From NCBI GenBank assembly GCA_946414595.1, contig CAMKPE010000003.1:6860-70859 (forward strand): a DNA stretch of 64,000 nucleotides, written 5' to 3'. The position numbers and the translations under genes were made by a program. Below are positions 19,839 to 29,986 of the stretch, one piece after another. Below the pieces are notes generated by a model. It was not told the DNA's origin, did not search any database, and saw only the letters and a program-made list of their open reading frames with translations. The stretch is from an uncultured Clostridium sp. GTDB taxonomy: Bacteria > Bacillota_I > Bacilli_A > RF39 > UBA660. The first letter of the stretch is position 1; each line of letters begins with the position of its first letter.

Positions 19839-19899
19839 TCAAAAAAACCACTACTTTTTAGTGGTTTTGTTATATAATAGTAATGCTTGAGGTGGTATT

Positions 19900-20832
19900 A
19901 TGTCATTTACTACAACTGTAAAAAATGAAATATGTACAATGGAATATTCTAACACAGAAAACATTGCGCTTCTTTCAGCTTTCGTAAGAAGTAATGGTAA
20001 ATTTGATGATAATAAAATAGAACTATCTACTGAAAATGCAAAAGTTGCTAAAAAATTATATTTATTATTTAAATCTTTATATGGAACAGAAGTAGATTTA
20101 GATCAAAGAACTGTTGCAAACTTTATAAAGAAAAAAAATTACATAATAACTATAAACAATAAAGTAGATGAAATATTATCAGATTTATCTGTTTTAGATA
20201 GCAATAATAATTATATTGAATCACCTAAAGAATATGTAGTAGATGCATTAGAAGATAAGAAAGCATATTTAAGAGGAAGTTTCTTATCTAAGGGAAGTAT
20301 AAATGATCCTAAGACGAGTCAATATCACTTAGAGTTTGGTTTTGATAATAAACATGAAGCAGTTTTTGTACAAAGATTATTAAATGAATTTGATATGAAT
20401 TCTAAAATAATAATTAGAGATACAAAGTACATGGTATATATTAAAGAAGCTGAAAAGATTAGTGATTTCTTAAAGATAATAAATGCTTTCCAAGCTGTTT
20501 TATATTATGAAAACATAAGAATATATAAAGAACAAAAGAATAATACTAATAGACTTAATAACTGTGAACAAGCAAATATGGATAAGATAATTGAGACATG
20601 TAATAATCAATTAAAAGATATTGAAGTAATTGAAAATGAAATGGGTCTTGATTTATTAGATGAGAAGATTCAAGAAGCTTGTTTATATAGAAGGAAATAT
20701 CCAGAGACTTCTCTTACTGAACTTAGTAATATTATTTCTTTAGAAACAGGAGTTACTATTACTAAATCAGGTTTAAATCATAGATTTAGAAAAATAAAAG
20801 AAATTGCAAATAGAGTAAGAAATAAAAAGTAA
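19900..20832 (+). CDS. whiA: DNA-binding protein WhiA
   Basis: 310 aa; N-terminus MSFTTTVKNEI..., degenerate LAGLIDADG-like repeats (AYLRGSFLSKGSINDP), C-terminal HTH (TKSGLNHRFRKI). Confidence 0.85.
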   Translation: MSFTTTVKNEICTMEYSNTENIALLSAFVRSNGKFDDNKIELSTENAKVAKKLYLLFKSLYGTEVDLDQRTVANFIKKKNYIITINNKVDEILSDLSVLDSNNNYIESPKEYVVDALEDKKAYLRGSFLSKGSINDPKTSQYHLEFGFDNKHEAVFVQRLLNEFDMNSKIIIRDTKYMVYIKEAEKISDFLKIINAFQAVLYYENIRIYKEQKNNTNRLNNCEQANMDKIIETCNNQLKDIEVIENEMGLDLLDEKIQEACLYRRKYPETSLTELSNIISLETGVTITKSGLNHRFRKIKEIANRVRNKK

Positions 20833-20847
20833 AAACTTTTTATTTTT

Positions 20848-21417
20848 TTATATTACTTTATCTACAATTCCATATTCTTTAGCTTCATAAGAATCCATAA
20901 AGAAATCTCTTTCGGTATCTTTTTCTATTTTCTTAATGTTTTTATTTGTTTTAAGAGAAATTATATTATTTAATTTCTTTTTTATTTTGATTAATCTATC
21001 TGTTGCAATCTTTATATCTGTAACTTGGCCTTCTGCTCCTCCAAGAGGCTGATGAATCATTATTTCACTATTTTCTAGTGCTATTCTTTTTCCTTTAGCA
21101 CCAGATAAAAGAAGGAATGCTCCCATAGATGCAGCAAGTCCTACGCATATTGTTGATACATCACTATTAATATAATTCATAGTATCGTAAATGGCCATTC
21201 CTTCAGTTACTGATCCGCCAGGAGAGTTTATATACAAATAAATATCTTTGGTTTCCAAAGAATCTAAGTACAATAGTTCTGCAATAACTGTATTTGCAAG
21301 ATTTTCATCTATTTCTCCTGATATAAATATAATTCTATCTTTTAATAATCTTGAAAAAATATCGTAACTTCTTTCACCATATTGCTCTTTATCTACAATA
21401 ACTGGAATTAAATTCAT
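20848..21417 (-). CDS. clpP: ATP-dependent Clp protease proteolytic subunit
   Basis: [20 protein letters not shown] (active-site Ser) and MIHQPLGG (His) motifs. Confidence 0.95.
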   Translation of the reverse strand: MNLIPVIVDKEQYGERSYDIFSRLLKDRIIFISGEIDENLANTVIAELLYLDSLETKDIYLYINSPGGSVTEGMAIYDTMNYINSDVSTICVGLAASMGAFLLLSGAKGKRIALENSEIMIHQPLGGAEGQVTDIKIATDRLIKIKKKLNNIISLKTNKNIKKIEKDTERDFFMDSYEAKEYGIVDKVI

Positions 21418-21530
21418 AAATCCTCCTATAATTATAATAGTTATAATCCTTTTAGATTATACATAAAAAATAAAATATCTATTATTTTTTACTAATTTAT
21501 GATAAAATGATTAGAGAATAGAGGGATTGT

Positions 21531-23183
21531 ATGATAGGAAATATCGACATAAAAATAATGGGCGAAGAAAAAAGAGTTGCATCTGGCCTTACTTATTATG
21601 ATTTGATTGGTGATTATCAAGATAGATTCAAATATCCTATATTACTTGCTAAAGTAGGTAATGTTTATAAAGAACTTAATGATTATGTATCAAATCATGA
21701 TGAAATAGAGTTTGTTGATTTAAAAAATTCTGTAGGTAATAAAGTGTATGTTAATGCACTTATACTTGTCTTAGAATATGCAGTTAATACTTTATTTGGA
21801 CACACAAATAAATTTGAAGTTAAATACTCTATTGATAAAGGAATATATATAACAACTAATTTTGATCTTACTAAGAAAAAGTTAGAAGTTATTAAAAACA
21901 AGATGCTTGAAATAATTCATCAAGATTTGCCTATTACAAAACATAGTATTAATAAAAGAGAAGCAACTGAGTATTTTAGAATCATGAGAGAGCAATCAAA
22001 AGTTGATTTAAACAATTATAATACTAATTCAATGGTTACTTTATATAAGCTAGGAAGTATTTATGATTATTTCTTTAGTTTAATGCCTACAAGAACTGGT
22101 GTATTAAAACAATTTGATTTGCATTTCTTAGATAATAATGGCTTTGTATTATTATTCCCAACAATATATATTGATGGTATTAAACCATATGAACATCATC
22201 CAAAGTTATTTGAAGTGTTCGATGAATATAGAAAATGGGCTAATATAATGAAGATAGATAATGTTCCTGATCTTAATAAAGTTGTGTCAAGCGGAAGAGC
22301 TGATGACATAATAAGAATAGAAGAAACATTACAAAGCAACAGATTATTAAATATTGCAAGAACAATAGTTAGTAAGAAAAATGATGTTAAGATAATATTA
22401 ATCGCAGGGCCTTCAAGTTCTGGTAAAACTACAAGCTGTAGAAAACTATCTATGTACTTAAGAAGCTTTGGATTAGAACCAAGAGAAATATCAATGGATG
22501 ACTATTTTGTTGATAGAGATTTTACTCCAAGAGATGAAAATGGAGAATATGATTTTGAATGTTTAGAAGCAATAGATATTAAACATTTCGATAAAGATGT
22601 TAAGGATCTGCTTAACGGTAAAGGTGTTAAACTTCCAACATTTAACTTCATAACAGGTAAACAAGAACCAGGTACAAAGGAAGTAACTCTTGGAAAGAAT
22701 GAAGTATTAATCATTGAAGGAATACATGCTTTAAATGATAAAATACTAACATCAATTGATAGAAAGAATAAATTTAAAATATATCTATCACCACTTACAA
22801 TTCTTACAATAGATTCACATAATAGAATATCTACAACAGATAATAGACTGTTAAGAAGAATAGTAAGAGATAATAGAACAAGAGGATATAAGGTAGAAGA
22901 TACAATTAAAAGCTGGAAGAAAGTTCGTTTAGGAGAAGAGAAACATATATTCCCTAACCAAGATGCAGCTGATGTTGTATATAACACTGCACTTATTTAT
23001 GAAATAGGAGTACTTAAGACATATGTTGAACCACTTCTATATTCAGTACCTAGCGATAGTCCACAATATGAGACAGCTAGAAGATTATTAAATATGTTAA
23101 AAACATTTTTACCAATACCATCAGATGCTATACCTGATGAATCTCTAATAAGAGAATTTATTGGTGGAAGTTGTTTTAATTAA
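21531..23183 (+). CDS. uridine-kinase-family nucleoside kinase with N-terminal TGS-like region
   Basis: P-loop GPSSSGKTT, IIEGIHALN; ~280-aa N-terminal ThrRS/TGS-like extension. Confidence 0.7.
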   Translation: MIGNIDIKIMGEEKRVASGLTYYDLIGDYQDRFKYPILLAKVGNVYKELNDYVSNHDEIEFVDLKNSVGNKVYVNALILVLEYAVNTLFGHTNKFEVKYSIDKGIYITTNFDLTKKKLEVIKNKMLEIIHQDLPITKHSINKREATEYFRIMREQSKVDLNNYNTNSMVTLYKLGSIYDYFFSLMPTRTGVLKQFDLHFLDNNGFVLLFPTIYIDGIKPYEHHPKLFEVFDEYRKWANIMKIDNVPDLNKVVSSGRADDIIRIEETLQSNRLLNIARTIVSKKNDVKIILIAGPSSSGKTTSCRKLSMYLRSFGLEPREISMDDYFVDRDFTPRDENGEYDFECLEAIDIKHFDKDVKDLLNGKGVKLPTFNFITGKQEPGTKEVTLGKNEVLIIEGIHALNDKILTSIDRKNKFKIYLSPLTILTIDSHNRISTTDNRLLRRIVRDNRTRGYKVEDTIKSWKKVRLGEEKHIFPNQDAADVVYNTALIYEIGVLKTYVEPLLYSVPSDSPQYETARRLLNMLKTFLPIPSDAIPDESLIREFIGGSCFN

Positions 23184-23198
23184 AATGGAGGAGATAAA

Positions 23199-24203
23199 AT
23201 GGTAAAAGTAGCAATTAATGGATTCGGAAGAATCGGAAGATTAGTTTTTAGATTGATGGATAATGATCCTGATTTCGAAGTTGTAGCAATTAATGATTTA
23301 ACAGATGCTGAACAATTAGCATACTTGTTAAAATATGATACTAATCATCGTAATTACAAATTAGATGATATTAGTTTCAATGGAAACAAGATAGTAGTAT
23401 CTGGAAAAGAAATTCCTGTATATGCTGAAAAAGATCCATCTGTACTTCCTTGGGGAAGTTTAGGTGTTGATGTTGTTTTCGAATGTACTGGTGCATTCAC
23501 AAGTGATGAAAAAGCAATGGCTCATATAACAGCTGGAGCAAAGAAAGTTATGATTTCTGCACCTGCAAAAGGAGACTTAAAGACTATTGTTTATAATGTT
23601 AACCACAATACATTAGATGGTAGTGAACAAATCATTTCAGCAGCAAGTTGTACTACAAACTGCTTAGCACCTGTATTAGATGCATTACAAAAAGAATTTG
23701 GAATTGAAAAAGGATACATGACAACAGTTCATGCTTATACAAATGACCAAGCAACACTAGATATAGCTCACAAAAAAGGAATCTTAGCTCGTCGTGGAAG
23801 AGCTTGTGCAGCTAATATCGTTCCAGCTTCAACTGGTGCAGCTAGTGCAATTGGACAAGTATTACCTGAATTAAAAGGAAGACTTGATGGAAATGCAATG
23901 CGTGTTCCAGTACCAACTGGTTCAGTTATTGACTTAACTCTTGAATTAAAGAGAACTGCAACTAAAGAAGAAATTAATGCAGCATTTGAAAGATATCAAA
24001 ATGAAACATTAAAAATCACTATGGATCCAATCGTATCAAGCGATGTAATCGGATCTAACTATGGTGCAGTCGTTGATGGACTTTCTACAAATGTATTAGA
24101 TGTAGATGGAAAACAACTAGTTAAAGTAGTAGCATGGTATGATAACGAAATGGGTTACTCAACTCAAATGGTTAGAACTGCTAAATACTTAATGACAAAA
24201 TAA
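23199..24203 (+). CDS. gap: glyceraldehyde-3-phosphate dehydrogenase
   Basis: INGFGRIGR, SCTTNCLAP, WYDNEMGYS. Confidence 0.95.
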   Translation: MVKVAINGFGRIGRLVFRLMDNDPDFEVVAINDLTDAEQLAYLLKYDTNHRNYKLDDISFNGNKIVVSGKEIPVYAEKDPSVLPWGSLGVDVVFECTGAFTSDEKAMAHITAGAKKVMISAPAKGDLKTIVYNVNHNTLDGSEQIISAASCTTNCLAPVLDALQKEFGIEKGYMTTVHAYTNDQATLDIAHKKGILARRGRACAANIVPASTGAASAIGQVLPELKGRLDGNAMRVPVPTGSVIDLTLELKRTATKEEINAAFERYQNETLKITMDPIVSSDVIGSNYGAVVDGLSTNVLDVDGKQLVKVVAWYDNEMGYSTQMVRTAKYLMTK

Positions 24204-24225
24204 AAGAGCTTAGCTCTTTTTTTAT
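24203..24225 (+). terminator. rho-independent terminator after gap
   Basis: AAAGAGC / GCTCTTT stem, loop TTA, T-run. Confidence 0.65.
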
Positions 24226-24256
24226 GTTATAATTTATATGGAAATGAGTTGATAAA

Positions 24257-25648
24257 ATGGATACATATGAATTATTAGATTTCAACAAAAGAATAGGTCT
24301 TAATACAGAACTTGATAATATATCAAAAGAAATATGTAGACTATGTGATCTAGGTGATTTTGTATCAAATGAATTAATAGCAATTGGATATGAAGATTAT
24401 AATTATTATTTAGAAACGACTAAGAATAAGTATTGTGTAAAAATATTCAATAAAGAAAGAGATAAGAAAAATATAGATGATTATTTAGATAGAATTAGAG
24501 TAGTAGCAGATAGTGACATAAACGCCCCTAAACCAGTAAAGATCAATGGTGATATATATTTATCTCTTGATTATTTAGATAATCATTATGATTTAGTTGT
24601 ATTTGAATCTATTGATGGAAAGAATTTTTATGAATTAAATGAAAAATTAACAGAAGAAGAAATAAGAGAAATAGCAAGACAAACTGCTATGATTAATAAC
24701 TTAGATTTAAAACCAGAATTTATTTATGACTCATGGGCTATTATTAATTTTAAAGAAGAATATAAAAAGAAAAAAGGATATTTACCACTAGAATATCAAG
24801 AGAAGTTTAATAGATTAGTAGCAGATTTTAATAGCATTGATTTAGATAGGCTTCCTAAAGCATTTGTGCATGGTGATATTATTAATACTAATGTTTTAAA
24901 AGATAGTAATGGTAAGATTTGGATAATTGATTTTGCTGTATCAAATTATTTACCTAGAATTATTGATTTAGCAGTTATCGCATGTAACTTGTGTTTAGAT
25001 AAAGATTCAATAGAAAATACTTGTAGTAATATTAAATTATTATTAGAAGAGTATGATAAATATAATAAACTTACTAAGCAAGAAAGAAGTGTATTTAAAA
25101 CGTTCTTTAGACTTGCTAATGCTATGCATATTTTACAAACAACTTATCTTGATAAAGTAGAAGGTGAGTCAGAAGAAAATAAATATTGGCAAACAGAAGG
25201 TATTACTGGATACAAATATAGTGAAGATGATAAGTTTTTAATAAATGATCAATATACATGTTTAAAAGAAAATTTATATTCATTTATTGAAGAATTTAAT
25301 GAAGATAATATTACTATTATTAATAACTCTTCAGATGATTTATCTAAAGTAGGTATGGAAAATATTGGTGACTTTAAAGAAATAATTACTTATGGAATTA
25401 ATTATTTAAAATCTAAAATGGATAAAGGAACAATTAAAGTAGATATTAATCCACGTAATTATGGTAATTATGTTGAAATCTATTTAAGTATAATGACTAG
25501 CGATTTAGGTAAGGTTGAAGATAAAGAATTTTTAGCTCATTTAAAAGAACTAGTTGATAAAGTAGATGGTAATTTATTAGTAGATAATTCTGAAAAAGGA
25601 ATTGTACTTATGATTGATTTTGTGAAAGAAGCAATTATAGAAGAATAA
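24257..25648 (+). CDS. aminoglycoside/choline-kinase-like phosphotransferase with extra C-terminal domain
   Basis: HGDIINTNVL catalytic loop and IIDFAVS metal-binding motif of the APH/ChoK kinase fold; ~150 additional C-terminal aa. Confidence 0.6.
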   Translation: MDTYELLDFNKRIGLNTELDNISKEICRLCDLGDFVSNELIAIGYEDYNYYLETTKNKYCVKIFNKERDKKNIDDYLDRIRVVADSDINAPKPVKINGDIYLSLDYLDNHYDLVVFESIDGKNFYELNEKLTEEEIREIARQTAMINNLDLKPEFIYDSWAIINFKEEYKKKKGYLPLEYQEKFNRLVADFNSIDLDRLPKAFVHGDIINTNVLKDSNGKIWIIDFAVSNYLPRIIDLAVIACNLCLDKDSIENTCSNIKLLLEEYDKYNKLTKQERSVFKTFFRLANAMHILQTTYLDKVEGESEENKYWQTEGITGYKYSEDDKFLINDQYTCLKENLYSFIEEFNEDNITIINNSSDDLSKVGMENIGDFKEIITYGINYLKSKMDKGTIKVDINPRNYGNYVEIYLSIMTSDLGKVEDKEFLAHLKELVDKVDGNLLVDNSEKGIVLMIDFVKEAIIEE

Positions 25649-25722
25649 TTCTTTTTTTTAATTGCTGTATTTATTGGCAAATGTTCTTAATTTTGCTATA
25701 ATAGAAATGTTAGGAGATAGTT

Positions 25723-26904
25723 ATGAAAAAGACAATTAGAGATTATGATTTAACTGGAAAAAAAGTGATAATTAGATGTGATTTTAATGTACCTATTAAA
25801 GATGGGGTAATAGTAGATGATAACAGAATAGTACAAAGTTTACTTACTATAAATTATGCAATTGACCAAGGGGCAAAAGTTATACTTATGTCACACTTAG
25901 GAAGAATAAAAGAAGAAGAGGATAAACCAAATAATAGTTTAAGAATTGTTGCTGATTCTTTAAAACAATATCTTGGAAAAGATGTTAAGTTCTCTTCAAC
26001 AACTCGTGGACCTGAACTTGAGAATTTAGTAAATTCTTTATTACCAGGAGATGTTCTTTTAATGGAAAATACACGTTATGAAGATGTTCCAGGAAAGAAA
26101 GAAAGTGGAAATGATCCTGAATTAGGTGCTTATTGGGCATCTTTGGGAGATATATTCATTAACGATGCATTTGGAACTGCTCATAGAGCACATGCATCAA
26201 ACGTAGGAATTGCTAGTCACTTACCTAGTGGACTTGGATTCTTAGTTGAAAAAGAAGTTAATGCTTTATCTGTTCTTATTGAACCAGTACATCCATTTGT
26301 TGTTGTATTAGGTGGAAGTAAGGTATCTGATAAGATTGGAGTTATCGAAAATCTTGTTAAGAAAGCAGATAAAATATTAATCGGTGGAGGAATGGCTTAT
26401 ACATTCTTAAAAGCTAAAGGAATAAATATTGGAAAATCAATTCTTGATGAAGAAAATATTGAATTCTGCCAAAGAGTATTAAGTGAACATCCTGATAAGA
26501 TCGTATTACCAGTGGATAACTTAGTAACACTTGAATATTCAAATGATGTTCCATATCATACATGTGATATTGAAAATATCGGTGCTGATGAGATGGGATT
26601 AGATATTGGTGAGAAAACAGTGGAATTATTTTCTAAAGTTCTAGATACAGCTAAAATTGTATTCTGGAATGGACCTTTAGGAGTTTATGAGTTTAGTAAC
26701 TTCACTAAAGGAACAGAAAAACTATTAGATAAACTTGTAAATATAGATGCTACTACAATTTTAGGTGGAGGAGACATAGTTGCTGCTTCAGCTAAACTTG
26801 GATATAAAGAAAAGGTTACTCATGCTTCTACAGGTGGAGGAGTAACACTTGAGTTCATGGAAGGAAAAGAATTACCTGGTGTAGTTTCAATATCTGACAA
26901 GTAA
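25723..26904 (+). CDS. pgk: phosphoglycerate kinase
   Basis: RCDFNVP, MSHLGR, FGTAHRAHAS and GGGD motifs; own TTGGCA-17-TATAAT promoter upstream. Confidence 0.95.
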   Translation: MKKTIRDYDLTGKKVIIRCDFNVPIKDGVIVDDNRIVQSLLTINYAIDQGAKVILMSHLGRIKEEEDKPNNSLRIVADSLKQYLGKDVKFSSTTRGPELENLVNSLLPGDVLLMENTRYEDVPGKKESGNDPELGAYWASLGDIFINDAFGTAHRAHASNVGIASHLPSGLGFLVEKEVNALSVLIEPVHPFVVVLGGSKVSDKIGVIENLVKKADKILIGGGMAYTFLKAKGINIGKSILDEENIEFCQRVLSEHPDKIVLPVDNLVTLEYSNDVPYHTCDIENIGADEMGLDIGEKTVELFSKVLDTAKIVFWNGPLGVYEFSNFTKGTEKLLDKLVNIDATTILGGGDIVAASAKLGYKEKVTHASTGGGVTLEFMEGKELPGVVSISDK

Positions 26905-27926
26905 TGAAAAAAAAGAATACTAAAAGTATTATTGTAATATTGCTTATAACAGCAATAGTTCTATATTTTGTAATGAAAGACGATTTCCAAGATATTGTTG
27001 ATAATTTATTATCTGCAAATAAATGGTTAATATTAGTCGGGTTTATATTTATTCTAGGCTATTGGTTATTTAGAGCACTTGCTCTATATATAGTCGTTAA
27101 GAGATATAAAAAGAATATAAAATATAGTAAAATGTTGCATCAAATTTTAATAACCCAGTTTTTTAATGGCATAACTCCATTTGCAACAGGAGGAGAACCA
27201 ATGCAGGTTTATATGCTTAACAAAAGTGGGATTAAGGTAGCACAAGCAACTAACATAATAGTTCAAGAATTTATTATGTATCAAGCAGCATTAGTATTAG
27301 TTGGGCTAATTGCCTTAATACTAAATTTTGCGTTTAATATATGTGATGTTAACCCAGTAATATTTAATTTAATCTTAATAGGATTTTTAATTAATATTGG
27401 AGTTGGAGTAATATCACTATTTATAAGTTTTTCAAAGAAATTTAGTAAATTTATAGTTAATCTTGGAATAAAAATCGGTGTTAAATTAAGACTAATAAAA
27501 GATAAAGAAAAAACTTCTAAAATTTGGAATGAAAAGGTTGAAGAATATAATGAAAGTGGAACAATGCTTAAAGAAAATAAAAAATTATTCTTTACTTGCG
27601 TATTTGTTAACTTAATAGCTTTAATTATATTCTATATGATTCCATTCTTTGTGTTCTTAAGTATGGGACAAAACGTAGGAATTATGGAAGTAATTGTTTT
27701 ATCATCATTCATACTTCTTGTTGGGAACTTTGTTCCACTTCCTGGAGGTAGTGGTGGTATTGAGGGAGCATTCCTTGAATTCTTTAAAACAATTATTCCT
27801 TTTGTAGATACAAGAGAAGCAATACTTAAATCTGCATTAATAATTTGGAGAGTAATAACATATTACTTTGGTATAGTAATAGGTGGGGTTGCATTAGGAT
27901 TCTTCAAAGGAGATGAAAAGAAATGA
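26904..27926 (+). CDS. flippase-like / lysyl-PG-synthase-TM-like membrane protein (UPF0104 type)
   Basis: ~8 predicted TM helices; PLPGGSGGIEGAF motif; ATG overlaps the pgk stop (TAATG). Confidence 0.6.
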   Translation: MKKKNTKSIIVILLITAIVLYFVMKDDFQDIVDNLLSANKWLILVGFIFILGYWLFRALALYIVVKRYKKNIKYSKMLHQILITQFFNGITPFATGGEPMQVYMLNKSGIKVAQATNIIVQEFIMYQAALVLVGLIALILNFAFNICDVNPVIFNLILIGFLINIGVGVISLFISFSKKFSKFIVNLGIKIGVKLRLIKDKEKTSKIWNEKVEEYNESGTMLKENKKLFFTCVFVNLIALIIFYMIPFFVFLSMGQNVGIMEVIVLSSFILLVGNFVPLPGGSGGIEGAFLEFFKTIIPFVDTREAILKSALIIWRVITYYFGIVIGGVALGFFKGDEKK

Positions 27927-29191
27927 GAATAGGTTTATTTACTGATACATATCCTCCATTTATAAATGGAGTATCAACAAGTGTGTATATGTTAAAAAAA
28001 GCCTTAGAGAGAAAAGGTCATCAAGTATTTGTTGTAACTTTAAACACTGAAAGTTTTAAATATGGATTTGATGAAGATAAAACAGTAATTAGAATACCTG
28101 GATTACCAATTGGTATTTATGATTATCGTGTTACTACTGTTTATCCATTAAGAGCAATGAACATAATAAGAAAATGGAAGTTAGATGTAATACATTCACA
28201 TACTGAGTTTAGTGTAGGAACATTTGCAAGATTTATATCAAGACAATTTAATATTCCACTTGTTCATACATATCATACTTTGTATGAAGATTATGTTTAC
28301 TATATTACAAAGGGATACTTTGATAAACCTAGTAAAAAGATAGTAGAGTACTTAACACAATTCTATTGCGATAAGACTGCAAATGAGTTAATTGTACCTA
28401 CTAAAAAGATTTATGATTTATTTAAAGAAAAATATAATGTAGATAAAAATATTTATGTAATACCTACAGGTATCGAAATAGATAGATTTTATGAAGAAAA
28501 TGTTGATCAGAAAAAGGTTGATAAGATTAGAAAAGATTTAAAGATTTCTAAAGATAACTTTAATATAGTTTTCGTTGGAAGACTTGCAAAAGAAAAGAAT
28601 GTTGATTTACTTTTATCAGCACAAAAAAGAATTAATGAAAAAGAGAAAAATATCAACTTAATCATAATTGGTGATGGACCAGATATGGATGAGTATAAAG
28701 AGACTGCTAAGAAACTTGGAATAGCAAAGAATGTTTTCTTTACTGGTAAGGTACCATGGGAAGAAATACCTGCTTATTATAGAACTGGTAATATCTTTGC
28801 TACTGCTTCTACAAGTGAAACTCAAGGTTTAACAGTTATTGAAGCAATGGCAGCATCTATAGCACCAGTATGTATCGATGATGAAAGTTTTAGAAATACA
28901 GTCTTCGATGGATTAAATGGTGAAATCTTTAAAGATGAAGATGAATATGTTGATATTGTTCTTGATCTTTATAAAGATAGAAAGAAATTAGCAAATTTAC
29001 AAAAACAAGCTAGATTAAATGCTGAAGTTCATAGTTCTAAATATTATGGAGAATCAGTACTAGATGTTTATAAACATGCTATAGAACATAAAAAATACGA
29101 TAACTATGGAGTTATCGGTAAGATAGTTGAAAAGATTAAGGAGGGCAAGAATGAAGCTCGTAATAGGAAATCAAAAGACGTATCTAAATAG
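27923..29191 (+). CDS. GT4 glycosyltransferase, probable glucosyl-diacylglycerol (glycolipid) synthase
   Basis: N-terminus MRIGLFTDTYPPFINGVSTSV and ETQGLTVIEAMA region typical of GT4; resembles Acholeplasma-type MGlcDAG synthases; ATGA overlap with the upstream gene. Confidence 0.7.
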   Translation: MRIGLFTDTYPPFINGVSTSVYMLKKALERKGHQVFVVTLNTESFKYGFDEDKTVIRIPGLPIGIYDYRVTTVYPLRAMNIIRKWKLDVIHSHTEFSVGTFARFISRQFNIPLVHTYHTLYEDYVYYITKGYFDKPSKKIVEYLTQFYCDKTANELIVPTKKIYDLFKEKYNVDKNIYVIPTGIEIDRFYEENVDQKKVDKIRKDLKISKDNFNIVFVGRLAKEKNVDLLLSAQKRINEKEKNINLIIIGDGPDMDEYKETAKKLGIAKNVFFTGKVPWEEIPAYYRTGNIFATASTSETQGLTVIEAMAASIAPVCIDDESFRNTVFDGLNGEIFKDEDEYVDIVLDLYKDRKKLANLQKQARLNAEVHSSKYYGESVLDVYKHAIEHKKYDNYGVIGKIVEKIKEGKNEARNRKSKDVSK

Positions 29192-29867
29192 AACAGAAGC
29201 TTTAGACTTCATAAGAGAAACAAGTGACGTTGATTGTTCACGTGCAATTGTATGTCCAAGTGACATATATCTTGACTTATTCCTTGAAAGATCTAAATAT
29301 GTTGTAGGAGCTCAAAATTGTTCTTGCAAAGGTAATGGAGCATCAACAGGAGAAATAAGTGCTGAACAGTTAAATTCTTTAGGAGTATCTTATTCAATAG
29401 TAGGGCACTCTGAAAGAAGAGCAGATCAACATGAAACAAGTGATTTGTTTGTATTAAAAATAAATAAACTAATTGAGAATAATATTATTCCAATATTCTG
29501 TGTTGGAGAAAATCTTGATGAAAAAGAAAGAAACGCTACAAAAGATGTAGTGGGAAGACAAATTCTTGAAGTTTTTGATAACTTAGATGTTAATGTTATG
29601 GAAAAAATAATAATAGCATATGAACCTATTTGGTCTATTGGTACTGGTAAGATACCTACTAATCCTGAAATAGAGGATGTTACTAATTACATTAAAGATT
29701 TAATACAAGATAAATTTGGGAAAAGAGTAGCAGTTCTTTATGGTGGAAGTGTTAATATGAAGAATGTTGATACATTAAATGAAATTGATGTAGTAGACGG
29801 ATACTTAATTGGTGGGGCTAGTACAAAACCAGAGGAATTTAAATATATTATGAGTAAATGTGAGTAA
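29151..29867 (+). CDS. tpiA: triosephosphate isomerase
   Basis: GNQK, VGHSERR, AYEPIWSIGTG and IGGAS motifs; AAGGAGGG SD before ATG 29151; 41-nt overlap with the GT4 gene. Confidence 0.9.
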   Translation: MKLVIGNQKTYLNRTEALDFIRETSDVDCSRAIVCPSDIYLDLFLERSKYVVGAQNCSCKGNGASTGEISAEQLNSLGVSYSIVGHSERRADQHETSDLFVLKINKLIENNIIPIFCVGENLDEKERNATKDVVGRQILEVFDNLDVNVMEKIIIAYEPIWSIGTGKIPTNPEIEDVTNYIKDLIQDKFGKRVAVLYGGSVNMKNVDTLNEIDVVDGYLIGGASTKPEEFKYIMSKCE

Positions 29868-29890
29868 TAATCTCACATTTTTTTCTTTTT
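29858..29890 (+). terminator. rho-independent terminator after tpiA
   Basis: ATGTGAG / CTCACAT stem overlapping the stop codon, followed by TTTTTTCTTTTT. Confidence 0.65.
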
Positions 29891-29895
29891 CGACA
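29889..29895. promoter_or_regulatory. candidate Spo0A binding site (0A box, reverse orientation)
   Basis: TTCGACA is the exact complement of the TGTCGAA 0A-box consensus, ~95 nt upstream of the spo0A start. A single heptamer could occur by chance. Confidence 0.3.
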
Positions 29896-29986
29896 TTATT
29901 TTACATAACTAGCTAATCTTCGCTATGTACTTTGATATTTTTCTATCTTATAATTGTTATTGCGTGTAGTAAAAGAAAGGAAAAAT

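Noticed and set aside
21418-21530. CtsR operator (GGTCAAA direct repeat) or CIRCE element upstream of clpP
   Set aside because: Neither GGTCAAA/TTTGACC heptads nor a CIRCE-like inverted repeat is present in the 113-bp divergent intergenic region.
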